A stretch of DNA of 63,996 nt, the filler included, from a bacterium (GTDB taxonomy: Bacteria > UBA9089 > CG2-30-40-21 > SBAY01): assembly GCA_040757115.1 (NCBI GenBank). It is 12 parts of 12 records of this genome, joined end to end, with 100 filler letters (N's around TTAATTAATTAA, not from the genome) between each part and the next. Parts side by side here need not be neighbours in the genome. Positions count along the whole stretch, not along the records: positions 1 to 25,869 come from JBFLYA010000032.1; positions 25,970 to 29,590 come from JBFLYA010000325.1; positions 29,691 to 33,272 come from JBFLYA010000326.1; 9 more parts are not named here. One strand, 5' to 3'. The position numbers were made by a program, and so were the translations under genes. Under the pieces are notes generated by a model. It was given only the letters and a program-made list of their open reading frames with translations, was not told the origin of the DNA and searched no databases. This document shows, piece after piece, positions 21,212 to 31,220 of the stretch (position 1 is its first letter; the number at the start of each line of letters is the position of its first letter).

Positions 21212-22207
21212 ATGAAAAACTGTATTTATTTTAATATTGCTGATTATGATATATGCAAATCCAGTTATACGATTGAACCTGTTTTTCAGAATTATCTTAA
21301 GACTAAAATAGATTATATATTATCAAATAATCCTGTTAATAGCATAAAATCGGATGATATTCCTTCGGATTTCTTTAAAATTATCACACATAGGGAATTT
21401 AATTGCCAGTTAGCAAATAAAATAGTACAATGGAAAGAGACGGTAGTTCGTGAGGCTGGGATGTACGTGTCAAAAAATGAACCTATAAAAATTTATTTTG
21501 CATTAGGCGGCGGATATAAAGCTTCACTCGATGTACTTAATTTTAATACATTGAATTATTCTATTGGTCTGGGGGAATTGCTCGTTATTTATCAAATTAA
21601 AAAACTGGATGAAAAGATAAAACAAATATATAAACCAGGTATTACATTCAATATCGTAATAGATAATGGCGTTGCTAATTATGTGAATAACATACCCCGA
21701 GAGAAAACATTACACTACTGTAATTTGTTAAAAAAATTAATTGTAAAATTAAGAATGGATCATTGTATTAATCTTATAATTCAAACTGAAAATCTGAATT
21801 GGGATGAAAATATCAAAAAAATAAGTTATACTCCATTAAAATTAAAAGAAATCTCTGAAAGGCAACATGCTAATGTTATGCGATTTTTGGGTAGGAAATG
21901 TACATATGAGGAAGCATTAATGCTACAGAATAAGTATAATGCCTGCATGTTAATTTCCGGGCAAATAATAAAACAGGCTAGAGAAAACGATTTATGGTTT
22001 CTGCAATACAGCAACAACGGCGAGTTAACTTTCAGATCATTTCCTGGTGGAGTGTGTAGAATACAAGTGGGTGATATTGCATTGGTGAATAATCATAAAG
22101 TAATCCCATTTTCACTTTCAACTGAAAATATAAAGAATTATAATCCTTTTTGCTATAAAATTAATTTTGAAAACTTTTTCAAATTAATGCATATCATGAA
22201 TATCTGA
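21212..22207 (+). CDS. Hypothetical protein, distant DIT1/PvcA (isonitrile synthase)-like
   Basis: PIKIYF..GGYK...GELLVIYQIKKLDEKIKQIYKPGITFNIVID resembles the PvcA N-terminal pattern. Confidence 0.45.
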   Translation: MKNCIYFNIADYDICKSSYTIEPVFQNYLKTKIDYILSNNPVNSIKSDDIPSDFFKIITHREFNCQLANKIVQWKETVVREAGMYVSKNEPIKIYFALGGGYKASLDVLNFNTLNYSIGLGELLVIYQIKKLDEKIKQIYKPGITFNIVIDNGVANYVNNIPREKTLHYCNLLKKLIVKLRMDHCINLIIQTENLNWDENIKKISYTPLKLKEISERQHANVMRFLGRKCTYEEALMLQNKYNACMLISGQIIKQARENDLWFLQYSNNGELTFRSFPGGVCRIQVGDIALVNNHKVIPFSLSTENIKNYNPFCYKINFENFFKLMHIMNI

Positions 22208-22220
22208 AAGCTATAGTCAT

Positions 22221-22688
22221 ATGGTAGAACTATTATTAAGCGAATTAATTAAAAAAGGATATGATTTTTATACAGGAGTACCTTGTTCATTACTCATCTC
22301 CTTTTTTAATTATATCTACGCGAATCCCAGTAAACTTACATATGTTAGTGGATTAAGAGAGGATACAGCAGTGGGTATATCAGCAGGTGCTTATTTAGCA
22401 GGGAAAAAACCTGCAATTTTAATGCAAAATTCGGGATTTGGTTCATCCATTAATGCAATCACCTCATTATTATTACCTTATGATATACCAGTCTTTTTTA
22501 TCATCGGATACAGAGGATATCAAGGTAAGGATACGGAAGAGAATAAAGGTATGGGAGCATTAACCGAGAAATTATTAGCTGATTTGGATATTCCCTATTT
22601 ATTTTTACAAAAGAGTTCAGTTAATGAAATAATGGATTTTCTTATTGTTAATTCAAGTAAGAGCAGGGCATTATTAATTACAGAGTAA
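22221..22688 (+). CDS. Phosphonopyruvate/sulfopyruvate decarboxylase alpha subunit (TPP enzyme PYR domain)
   Basis: FYTGVPCS, REDTAVGISAGAYLAGK, MQNSGFG and IGYRG. Confidence 0.85.
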   Translation: MVELLLSELIKKGYDFYTGVPCSLLISFFNYIYANPSKLTYVSGLREDTAVGISAGAYLAGKKPAILMQNSGFGSSINAITSLLLPYDIPVFFIIGYRGYQGKDTEENKGMGALTEKLLADLDIPYLFLQKSSVNEIMDFLIVNSSKSRALLITE

Positions 22689-23534
22689 CAACTCAGCTTT
22701 GGTTAAAGTGATGGTAAATTTCTTCTTAATTTTTTTCTCAAAAATGCCGATAAATATAATAGAATGGGAAATAAATACCCGAAGAAAACAAAAACAAAAG
22801 AATCACTGTACTTGGATTGCAAAATAGTTAAAGAGATGGAATTAAAGATAGAAAGACAAGAGCATTGATAGAGAAATTAGAGAAGGATATAAAAGCCTTA
22901 CAAAACAGACTTTCCTTAGACAGCCGTAATAGTCACAAACCCCCATCTTTTGATGGATTTAAGAAGAAGGTCATTAAAGGTTTGCGTAAACTCATGGGAA
23001 GAAATTCGGGTGAACAACCTGACTATAGGGGAGAAACATTAAAGATGGTAGATAACCACCGAAGGATAATTAGACATGGTGTAGAGAGATGCAAGGGGTG
23101 TCAAAGAGATATACAAGATGCAAAGCCAATAGATATAAAGAAAAGACAGGTTTTTAGATATACCTCTAGAGGGTATAGAAGTAATTGAGCATCAAGCGGA
23201 GGTAAAGAGAGGTAATAATTGTGGAGTAGTAAATGAAGCAAATTTTTCAGAAGATGAAAATACCCTATCCAGTACGGGAAGAGGCTAAAATCATTAGCGG
23301 TTTATTTTATTAATTGTAATTTTGGTCAATAATTTTCCCTTAATTTTGAGGAATAAATTGGCCTAAAAAAGACAGTTAAGAGAGGGGGTAAGTAGGATTA
23401 AATAATCCTGAGAGGGTGATATTTAAAGGAATATTTTGGTCTATTTTGGGATTTTGGCAAGCAAAGGGGAGGGAGGAGTTGCCAGAGCTGGTCTTCTGGC
23501 AAATCCTGGGGTTGGATATAGAGATGAGTTATTT

Positions 23535-23945
23535 TCAGGGAAGAGGCAGGTCATCCTGATTTAAGTCAAAGAGACGGAAGGAGGAAGCGAGGAAATACTC
23601 TGGTTGATCAAAGAAGGTGGGGATATCCTGTGTCATAAGCCAATCTTTAATAACACAAAGGATATCAGGTATTTTTCGGTGAGGGATGAATAAGATTTTG
23701 TCAGGATGATTGATGTTGCTGAAGAAGTGATGGGCAGAGGTAGAGGAATTGAACTGGAGTTGGTCAAAGAAGAAGATAGAGGGTTCAAATTGATGTTGTT
23801 TAAAGGGATCAATCCAGTTAAGGAAGAGGGAATTAGAAGGTAAGTCTTTAAGGTAGAAGTTTTTGCTGTCTAAGAGAGCAAAGGAGTGGGAAAGGATGAC
23901 CGCCTGGAAGGAAGTTGATGAGAGATTAACGCCGACATACAACAT
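23535..23945 (-). CDS. Hypothetical protein of the nested ExeA-ATPase transposon remnant
   Basis: ORF with GGAGG RBS directly after the ExeA-like fragment. Confidence 0.5.
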   Translation of the reverse strand: MLYVGVNLSSTSFQAVILSHSFALLDSKNFYLKDLPSNSLFLNWIDPFKQHQFEPSIFFFDQLQFNSSTSAHHFFSNINHPDKILFIPHRKIPDILCVIKDWLMTQDIPTFFDQPEYFLASSFRLFDLNQDDLPLP

Positions 23946-23958
23946 AATTACACCTCCA

Positions 23959-24347
23959 TTAGATTTCCTGATTGGCAGCAAAGACATGCTCTTGGGTTAA
24001 GGTTTGAGTCTTGTCGTGGAAGCCAGCGGTCATAATTTTAAGGGCTAAGGAGTCGATGAGACGAGGGATACCAGCGGTATGTTTGAAGATAGCCTCTATA
24101 GATGCTGGAGAGAATGGGGATTTTTGGCAGCCTTTGATCGAGAGGTGGTGGGAGATATAAGGTTCGATCTCATCCTTTGTCAGAGGGATAAGGTGATATT
24201 TGAGATGAATACGCTGATTAAAGGAGCTAAGGATAGAGCGAGCAAGCCTATCGCGGAGATGGGAGTGAGCAACTAAGATAAAGAGAGCAGGGTCAGTAGA
24301 GTCCATATTGAAGTTGGAAACAATTTGGAGTTCATAGAAGTTTTCAT
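23959..24347 (-). pseudogene. ExeA-like AAA transposition ATPase, C-terminal fragment
   Basis: LQIVSNFNMDS, FNQRI, YISHHL and GIPRLIDSLA. Confidence 0.75.
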
Positions 24348-24379
24348 CCTAAAATCGGCAAGTTCACAGCTGCAAATAG

Positions 24380-24714
24380 TTCGACCTGTGAAATAGGTTT
24401 CGACCTGTGTGGTTAGGTTTATACTACTGTATTTTCTCCTTCGCCCCTGCGGGGCTTAATTGATTTTTAATCTAATCTTCCGTAGGTTAAAACCTATGGC
24501 TAATATACTGCAACCCTTCGGGTTTTAATAATGATTTTATTAATTATCCTATTTAGACACCGAAGGTGTCGAGGAATTTAGCCGCAGATTTTAATCTACG
24601 GAATAATAGTGCTCCATAAGGCAAGCCTTGACAGGGCGTAGGAAAGATTTCAACACATTCGTATTTTATCGGAAGTTTTTCTATTTTTCTTTAAAACCTA
24701 TTTCACAGGTCGAA
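24380..24714. repeat. Element bounded by a perfect 21-bp inverted repeat, containing REP-like hairpins
   Basis: TTCGACCTGTGAAATAGGTTT ... AAACCTATTTCACAGGTCGAA; internal CCGTAGGTTAAAACCTATGG and GCCCCTGCGGGGC hairpins. Confidence 0.7.
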
Positions 24715-25624
24715 AAAGTGTGCTAATGAGAGAAACATAATTGTCTCAAAAGCAATTTGTTTCTTTTGGTGAAACTTTTCCTGAAATGTAACAAAAAACC
24801 AGGTAAAATTGTCACTTAAACACTCTTTAAGATAATAAGTTGATTCTTTACTCCTGTGCATATTTCTTTGCCTCCTCCCTGTTTTTTTGGATAGTTTTGT
24901 TATCCTTTATCCATTATAACATAGGAGGCAAAGAGTTACAACTACTTTAGTTATAAATGGTTATACCCTTGTTTCTCAATAGTTAAGCATTTTCATTTGA
25001 GTTAATCTTTAACTCTATATGTTTCAATCTGTTTTGTAAATTTAGGAATTATCAGTCTACAATATAAATCAGACTTATGAAGAAGAAAAGGCAGAATGGG
25101 CAGAAAAGATGATAAGATGTTTGCTTGATATAAAAGAAAAGACTGATAATGCAAAAGAGAATGATAAACAAGCATTAGAACCTAAAGTGATAGAGTTTTT
25201 TGATCAAAGATATGAAACAATATTAGAAGAAGGAGAGAAGATGTACTCAGCTAATCACAATAAAGAATCAGGAAGAAGGGGAAGAAAAATCAGAGCAAGA
25301 ACAAGAATCTACTGGATAGATTAAAGAAATACAAGAGACAAGTATTGCATTTATGTATAATCTTTCTATCCCTTTTGACAATAATCTTGTGGAAAGAGAC
25401 ATAAGGATCATGGAGATAAAACAAAAGATATCAGGATGTTTCAGGAGTGAAGAAGGTGCAAGATTCTTTTGCAGAATAAGGAGTTATATTTCTACCAAAC
25501 AAGGACAAAACATTATTGATGCACTATCTTTTGTTTTTATTGGTAAGCCCTTTGTACCTATTAGAGTTGAAGATGGGTAGGCTGAGGAGTTATTTTACAG
25601 AATAATATGTTAGGAGATAATTAA

Positions 25625-25747
25625 GTGAATACAATTGAGTGTATTGAAGTAATAATTAGAAACTTAGACGAGATGCCAATTTTATTTTCTAATGGTTTTA
25701 TAAGCAGGTATGGATATAAACTTTTGGACCGTAAGTGCCACTTTTAT
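25625..25747 (+). pseudogene. Phosphono/sulfopyruvate decarboxylase beta subunit, N-terminal fragment (not in the ORF track)
   Basis: AGGAG RBS, GTG start, MNTIECIEVIIRNLDEMPILFSNGFISRYGYKLLDRKCHFY. Interrupted by an IS end at 25748. Confidence 0.75.
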
Positions 25748-25869
25748 CCTGAAATCGGCAAGTAGTTGAGTAAAAAGGGGGGAGTGGGGTAAAAAAGAAG
25801 GCTATTTTGACAAATTGGGGAGAGAATTAAGGAAAAGATGAAGGGAATTAGATAACAGATAGGATTAAG
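25748..25869 (+). mobile_element. Multi-copy IS end (family unassigned)
   Basis: Identical to 61620-61741 (CCTGAAATCGGCAAGTAG...). Both copies terminate contigs. Confidence 0.75.
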
Positions 25870-25969
25870 NNNNNNNNNNNNNNNNNNNNNNNNNNNNNNN
25901 NNNNNNNNNNNNNTTAATTAATTAANNNNNNNNNNNNNNNNNNNNNNNNNNNNNNNNNNNNNNNNNNNN
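25870..25969. other. Artificial contig linker (also 29591-29690, 33273-33372, 36954-37053, 40548-40647, 44133-44232, 47706-47805, 51258-51357, 54773-54872, 58263-58362, 61747-61846)
   Basis: 100-nt N-run/TTAATTAATTAA/N-run with stops in all six frames. Confidence 0.99.
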
Positions 25970-26091
25970 TCTCTATGGTCATTAATTCCCCCGTGTTTTT
26001 ATTCGCTTATATTACTTATATCGGAACACGAGGAACAAAACTTAAATCTTATCTATAATCTTTCTCCATCATCCTTCTTTTTGCTGAATAG

Positions 26092-26643
26092 TTACCTTTT
26101 ACCTATCATTACAAAAGCAATTTTAGCCACCCTATCAATAGCAGTGTAAATATAGTTTCTTCCCTTGTTAATCTTTGGAGCATAAAGTAAATCCATCTGA
26201 AGGTATCCCATAGTATATTTGCGAAACTTCTTAATCTTTCTTTCAGCATTAATAAACTCTTCAGGCACGATATTCAAATTATGCCTTTTTAAACAACGGT
26301 AAATCTTCATTGGATAAAGATTGGGTATTTTATCTTCTAAAGTAAAAAAGATGTCTTCAATTGTCTTCTTAAATTGCTTTCTTTCAAAACAAATTAAATC
26401 TTCTTGTTCTTTTGTTAAATCGGTACGAAGTCTATGTGGACGAGAGGATTTATCTTCAAGGCTTTCAGCCTTTTTCCATCTTTGAGCCATAGTTTGAGTA
26501 ATGCCATACTTTTTAGCCAAAGCATAAGCAGAAAGAGGGCTTTCTTTAATAATTTGTCTTATTGCTAAAGTTGTAGCAGCTTTTTTGTGTAACTTTATTT
26601 CCATACGCTAAGATTATACACCTTAACGTATCGTTAGTCAACA
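26092..26643 (-). mobile_element. IS481-family transposase, 3'-truncated
   Basis: LHKKAATT, LEDKSSRPHR, GYLQMD and YTAIDR. Left end starts TGT at 26643; cut by a GTAACTATTCAG end. Confidence 0.85.
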
Positions 26644-26880
26644 TATATGTACCATCGGATAAAGTAATTCTCGGATGCCCCTTTGCAACAAAAAAGACTT
26701 GCAAGCCATGTCAAAAGTATGGGGGACAAGTTTTTTTTCACCATACTCCCTCATGATAGCAATTTATATTCATCTTTGCGGATGAATTTCATTAATCAAT
26801 TCTCCCTACGTCGTTTGAAAGCAGTTTTCTAAGAATACGTTCGGATGTTTATAATATCTTGTAAAGTTGACAATAAATTC

Positions 26881-27552
26881 TCACTTAACAAGTACTCCAT
26901 CATGTATTTTTTCTACTCGTGAGGCATGTTTCATTATCATTGGATCATGAGTGGAAAAGAGGAAAGTAACTCCTTTTTCAGTGTTAAATCGTCTCATTAA
27001 CTCAATAATAGCATGTCCTGTGAATGAATCCAAATTTGCTGTTGGTTCATCTGCTATTATAATTATTGGGTCAATTACAAGGGCTCTTGCTATACTCACC
27101 CTCTGTTGTTGCCCACCACTTAATTCATTTGGACGGCTATTCTTAACTTCAGTTAATCCAATCTCATCAAATAAATGAAGAATCTTCCTTTGCCTTTCCT
27201 TTTTATTAGTTTTTTGCAATAATAAAGGAAACTCTACATTCTCATATGCAGTAAAGACAGGAATTAAATTGAAAGTTTGAAATATAAAACCAATTTTTTC
27301 TTTTCTAAGTCGTGATAGGTGAGTCATACTTAGCTTGGAAATATTCTTTTCACAAATGAATATATTACCTGCTGTTGGTATATCTAGACAACCGACTAAG
27401 TTTAGAAGTGTCGTTTTCCCAGAACCAGAAGGACCGGCTATCACCACAAATTCTCCCTTTTTAACTTTCAAATTTACACCTCGTAATACCTTATAAATTA
27501 CATTTCCTTGATAGTAATTCTTTATTAAATCCTCAGTCTTTATAATCTCCAT
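26881..27552 (-). CDS. ABC transporter ATP-binding protein (LolD/MacB type)
   Basis: GPSGSGKT, LSGGQQQRV and ADEPTANLD. Confidence 0.93.
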   Translation of the reverse strand: MEIIKTEDLIKNYYQGNVIYKVLRGVNLKVKKGEFVVIAGPSGSGKTTLLNLVGCLDIPTAGNIFICEKNISKLSMTHLSRLRKEKIGFIFQTFNLIPVFTAYENVEFPLLLQKTNKKERQRKILHLFDEIGLTEVKNSRPNELSGGQQQRVSIARALVIDPIIIIADEPTANLDSFTGHAIIELMRRFNTEKGVTFLFSTHDPMIMKHASRVEKIHDGVLVK

Positions 27553-27577
27553 ATTTCCTTCTTTTAAAAAATCTCCA

Positions 27578-28708
27578 TTAAAAATATACTATTAACTTTC
27601 CAGTCAATTTATATTTGCTTGTATCCATCCTATATTCACTTCCTCTTTTTCCACCTTTAATATCTGCTTTTAAAGATAAAGTTGTATTATCATATATGAA
27701 GAAATTAAGTTGTGGTACTATTATAAAACTTCCATCATCTAAGTTCCAAATAAAATCAGTTAGATTTAATATTTCATCAGTAAAATTATAATTTATTCCT
27801 ATGTACATGTAATTCTTCATTATTTCTCCTAATATGAAAGGGTTACCAAAATTATAATACTTAAGGTATTCATCCATATTAATATAACCTTTACTATTAT
27901 GGTAGTATTCTAACTTTATCACCCCATAGTTTTCAGGAAATATTCTATAATCTGCACCTAAAATAACATTGGAGAAGTTTCCTTGTGTAAAGGAAACTTC
28001 TCCATGAATATTGGATAAATCTAAGATATTTCCACTAAAGGCACAACCTAATATACCCTTTTTCCCTCCTTTTGTATATCCGCTCAAGGAAACATCATAG
28101 TTAGATAAACATATTTTTATTCTGGCTGCTACTTCTGACTCTTCTATATTTTTCTTTGGAACCAATATTCCACTTATTGCTGTTCTCTTAAATAAAACTT
28201 CCGCCTTTATAGCATTTATTCCTTTACTTTCGAAACTTGGATCTCTTGAATCTAAAGGATTCTCTGAGGAACTTATATAATTTGTTGGATTCCAGAGGAA
28301 ACCATTTCCCCACGTAATATTTTGTTTGCCACAAAGTAAATAAAAAGACTTTTTCTTTAAAGAGATATACCCTCTATATAGATTCAATGTAGTCTTTGAC
28401 TCTATTGTATCATAGTAGAGTGAAACCTTTATAGAAGTTTTAGGAGTATTATCTCTTTTTGTATTTAAGTTAAGGGTGAGTTTAATTGTATTGTTAAGTT
28501 CTGGAGGCAGAAAATATTGAGTTATAGTTGATAAGGAATTAGATTGAGTATAAGTAAGATTATTTTCAATATCCCCACTAAATTCAAAAGATTCTGCATA
28601 TACCAGATTAATTAAATTACCCAGAGTTAAAAATGTCAAGATTAACACTATAATATTCCATTCTATCCTTGATATGTTAATTCTCTTCGATATGTTAATT
28701 CTCTTCAC
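27578..28708 (-). CDS. Outer-membrane beta-barrel protein
   Basis: Signal peptide, GKQNITWGNG motif, C-terminal YF. Confidence 0.7.
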   Translation of the reverse strand: MKRINISKRINISRIEWNIIVLILTFLTLGNLINLVYAESFEFSGDIENNLTYTQSNSLSTITQYFLPPELNNTIKLTLNLNTKRDNTPKTSIKVSLYYDTIESKTTLNLYRGYISLKKKSFYLLCGKQNITWGNGFLWNPTNYISSSENPLDSRDPSFESKGINAIKAEVLFKRTAISGILVPKKNIEESEVAARIKICLSNYDVSLSGYTKGGKKGILGCAFSGNILDLSNIHGEVSFTQGNFSNVILGADYRIFPENYGVIKLEYYHNSKGYINMDEYLKYYNFGNPFILGEIMKNYMYIGINYNFTDEILNLTDFIWNLDDGSFIIVPQLNFFIYDNTTLSLKADIKGGKRGSEYRMDTSKYKLTGKLIVYF

Positions 28709-29450
28709 TTTTCAATCCTCTATCAAGATACTCTTGAGTAAAGAAATAATCAGGAATCTTTGTTTCATAATCAGCCGTTGTTAAAGACATAATACTTTTG
28801 TACCCAACATTTATCATACTCTCCATAGTTAGTTTAATGGGTCTTGTTCTCCCACCAATATTTTTCACCTCAGAATATGTAAGGATTTTTAATAGTTTCC
28901 CCGAAATTGTATAAAACTCCATTTTTATTGGAATAAATCCATCTTTTTTTATCCAGTATTTTATTTCATTATATGCTGCATTATTTGATTTTGCTTTTAA
29001 TTCAAGGGAATAAACTGGAATTCCATCTAATTCTTCCATGCTAAGTAGTATAGCATCATAATCTTCTGCTAATCTGACTTTTAATATATCAGCAGTAGAA
29101 AAGTCTGTTCCCATTATTGTTTGGCTACTACTTATTCTTACTGATCTTTCCACAGATGGGAAATACATCCACATGTTATTATCATCTAATAAGTATCCTG
29201 TGCCTCTCTCTCGTGGGGGTGAAAGATACCATACAAGTGCGTGGTCTTTTCCCGAAACATAAATCTTGAGTTGAAATAATTTCTTTTCTCCATTTTGTTT
29301 TATTGTTATCATATCAGCAGCGTAGATTGCATAATCTGGATGTAGTACTTGATCAGCTTTTTTCACAATCTCTTTCCCTGTAAGTTCACTATTAGTTACT
29401 TTACCATCAATTAAAATTAATAGAAATAAAAATATTATTAGTTTCTTCAT
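28695..29450 (-). CDS. Outer-membrane lipoprotein-sorting (LolA-like) protein
   Basis: SPPRERGTGYL, MWMYFPS and MGTDFS motifs. Confidence 0.88.
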   Translation of the reverse strand: MKKLIIFLFLLILIDGKVTNSELTGKEIVKKADQVLHPDYAIYAADMITIKQNGEKKLFQLKIYVSGKDHALVWYLSPPRERGTGYLLDDNNMWMYFPSVERSVRISSSQTIMGTDFSTADILKVRLAEDYDAILLSMEELDGIPVYSLELKAKSNNAAYNEIKYWIKKDGFIPIKMEFYTISGKLLKILTYSEVKNIGGRTRPIKLTMESMINVGYKSIMSLTTADYETKIPDYFFTQEYLDRGLKSEEN

Positions 29451-29722
29451 GAATTCTTCCTCCTATAATATGTTTAATATAGTTATTAATTAATTTATAA
29501 TTAATATTTAATAATATTTCTCTCCTCATGGGAGAGTTTATGAAATCTTTGATTGTGAACAAAAAGAAACTTGACTTTTATGACCGGATCNNNNNNNNNN
29601 NNNNNNNNNNNNNNNNNNNNNNNNNNNNNNNNNNTTAATTAATTAANNNNNNNNNNNNNNNNNNNNNNNNNNNNNNNNNNNNNNNNNNNNCTGGAAACAA
29701 AAATTACCAGAGGTGTAAGACT

Positions 29723-30559
29723 ATGGAATTATTGGACTTAGAAACTCTGATTGATACCGCTATTAAGGAAGATATAGGGAAAGGGGACATAACCACAGCC
29801 CTATGTCTGGTAAAAAAACCTGTAATTGAGGCTCAAATTATTACCAATGAAGAGGGTATTATTGCTGGTGTAGATATAGCTTGCATCGTCTTTAAAAAGA
29901 TAAATGAAAAGACCAGATTTAAGAAAAAGGTAGAAGATGGACAGTGGATTAAAAAAGGAGATGTCATTACTTCTATCAAAGGAAAGGCACAGGATATTTT
30001 AGCTGGAGAAAGGGTGGCATTAAATTTTTTACAACACCTCTCCGGGATAGCCACATCAACCTTTAAATTTGTTGAGGCAGTAAAACCTTATCCGGCAAAA
30101 ATCTATGATACGCGGAAAACTCATCCCGGTTTGAGAGCGATTGAAAAATATGCTGTCAAAATAGGGGGGGGAAATAATCACCGTTTTGGATTATATGATG
30201 GCATATTAATTAAAGATAATCATCTCAAAATCGCTGGCGGCGTTACAGCCGCTATCAAACAGGTTCAACTTAACCCACCTCGTGGAATGAAGATAGAGGT
30301 AGAGACTAAAAATTTAGATGAGGTAAAAGAGGCAGTTGCACTGGGAGTAGATGTAATTATGCTGGACAATATGAGTTTTGAGATGATTCGGGAGGCAGTC
30401 AAAATCATTAAGGCGGGCAATAAGAATATTTTGATTGAGGTCTCAGGCGGGGTCAGTCTAAAGAATGTCCATCAAATAGCCTCTACTGGGGTGGATATTA
30501 TCTCGATTGGTGCTTTGACACACTCTTCTAAGGCATTGGATTTAAGTCTGGAGATATAG
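29723..30559 (+). CDS. nadC: Nicotinate-nucleotide diphosphorylase (quinolinate phosphoribosyltransferase)
   Basis: DTRKT, HRFGLYD, IKDNH and IMLDN motifs. Confidence 0.96.
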   Translation: MELLDLETLIDTAIKEDIGKGDITTALCLVKKPVIEAQIITNEEGIIAGVDIACIVFKKINEKTRFKKKVEDGQWIKKGDVITSIKGKAQDILAGERVALNFLQHLSGIATSTFKFVEAVKPYPAKIYDTRKTHPGLRAIEKYAVKIGGGNNHRFGLYDGILIKDNHLKIAGGVTAAIKQVQLNPPRGMKIEVETKNLDEVKEAVALGVDVIMLDNMSFEMIREAVKIIKAGNKNILIEVSGGVSLKNVHQIASTGVDIISIGALTHSSKALDLSLEI

Positions 30560-30774
30560 CAGTTATTAGTCAAAATTTTACTCAGAGTGAATAAGTAAAA
30601 AATCCCAAATCCCAAGCACCAAATCTCAAATAAGCACCAAATTTCAAGTACTAAATACCAAACTATGGGGGGTAATGTTTTGAATTTTGGTCATTCGAAT
30701 TTGTTTGGAATTTGGAATTTGTGATTTGGAATTTCCTAGCTACATCTGGGTCAAATTTCGATTAATAAGTGCTA
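30557..30774 (+). mobile_element. IS630/Tc1-type MITE with TA flanks (copies at 55636-55872 and, reversed, 60401-60627)
   Basis: TIRs TAGCAGTTATTAGTCAAAATTT / AAATTTCGATTAATAAGTGCTA, with TA on both sides in all three copies. Confidence 0.75.
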
Positions 30775-30895
30775 TAGTAAGCGTTTAACCATCGGGTATC
30801 AGCAAAGAGGTAGAAAATGTCGAAGTATCACAGGTATCTATATCATCCTGTATCTAAATAGTGCTGGCTAAAAGATGACACCTGAATACTTAAAA

Positions 30896-31220
30896 GGAGA
30901 AACGGTCATGAGCCTGGGGCTCACAAAGGGGGATGAAAATTAAGGGACTCGGGACTCGGGGCTCGGGGCTCGGGAATAAAAGAATCCCCTAACCCCTTAA
31001 TCCCCCCAGCGGGGAGATAAAAAATTAAAAATCTGTGTAATCTGCGAAATCTGCGGATATTTTCAGGGGAAACGGCCATGTCCACAGGGTGGACACAAAG
31101 GAGGATGAAAATAGTAGGTAGGAGATAGAAGGTGGGAGATAGGAAGATAAGCGTGAGGAGTGATGTTTTCTTTACTTTCTACTTTCTACTCTCTACTTTC
31201 TACTTCCTTTTTTCAGGAGA
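30896..31220 (+). repeat. Tandem 'GGAGAAACGG-hairpin-CACAAAGGGGGATGAAAAT' units with palindromic spacers
   Basis: Units at ~30896 and ~31067; related units at 36218 and 36392. Confidence 0.65.

Larger units (their letters stand above)
22685..25593 (+). mobile_element. Degenerate IS66-family element with nested insertions
   Basis: TIRs GTAACAACTCAGC / GCTGAGGAGTTAT; 8-bp TSD ATTACAGA/TTTACAGA; fragments SRNSHKPPSFDG and PFDNNLVERDIR...QKISGCFRS. Confidence 0.85.
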
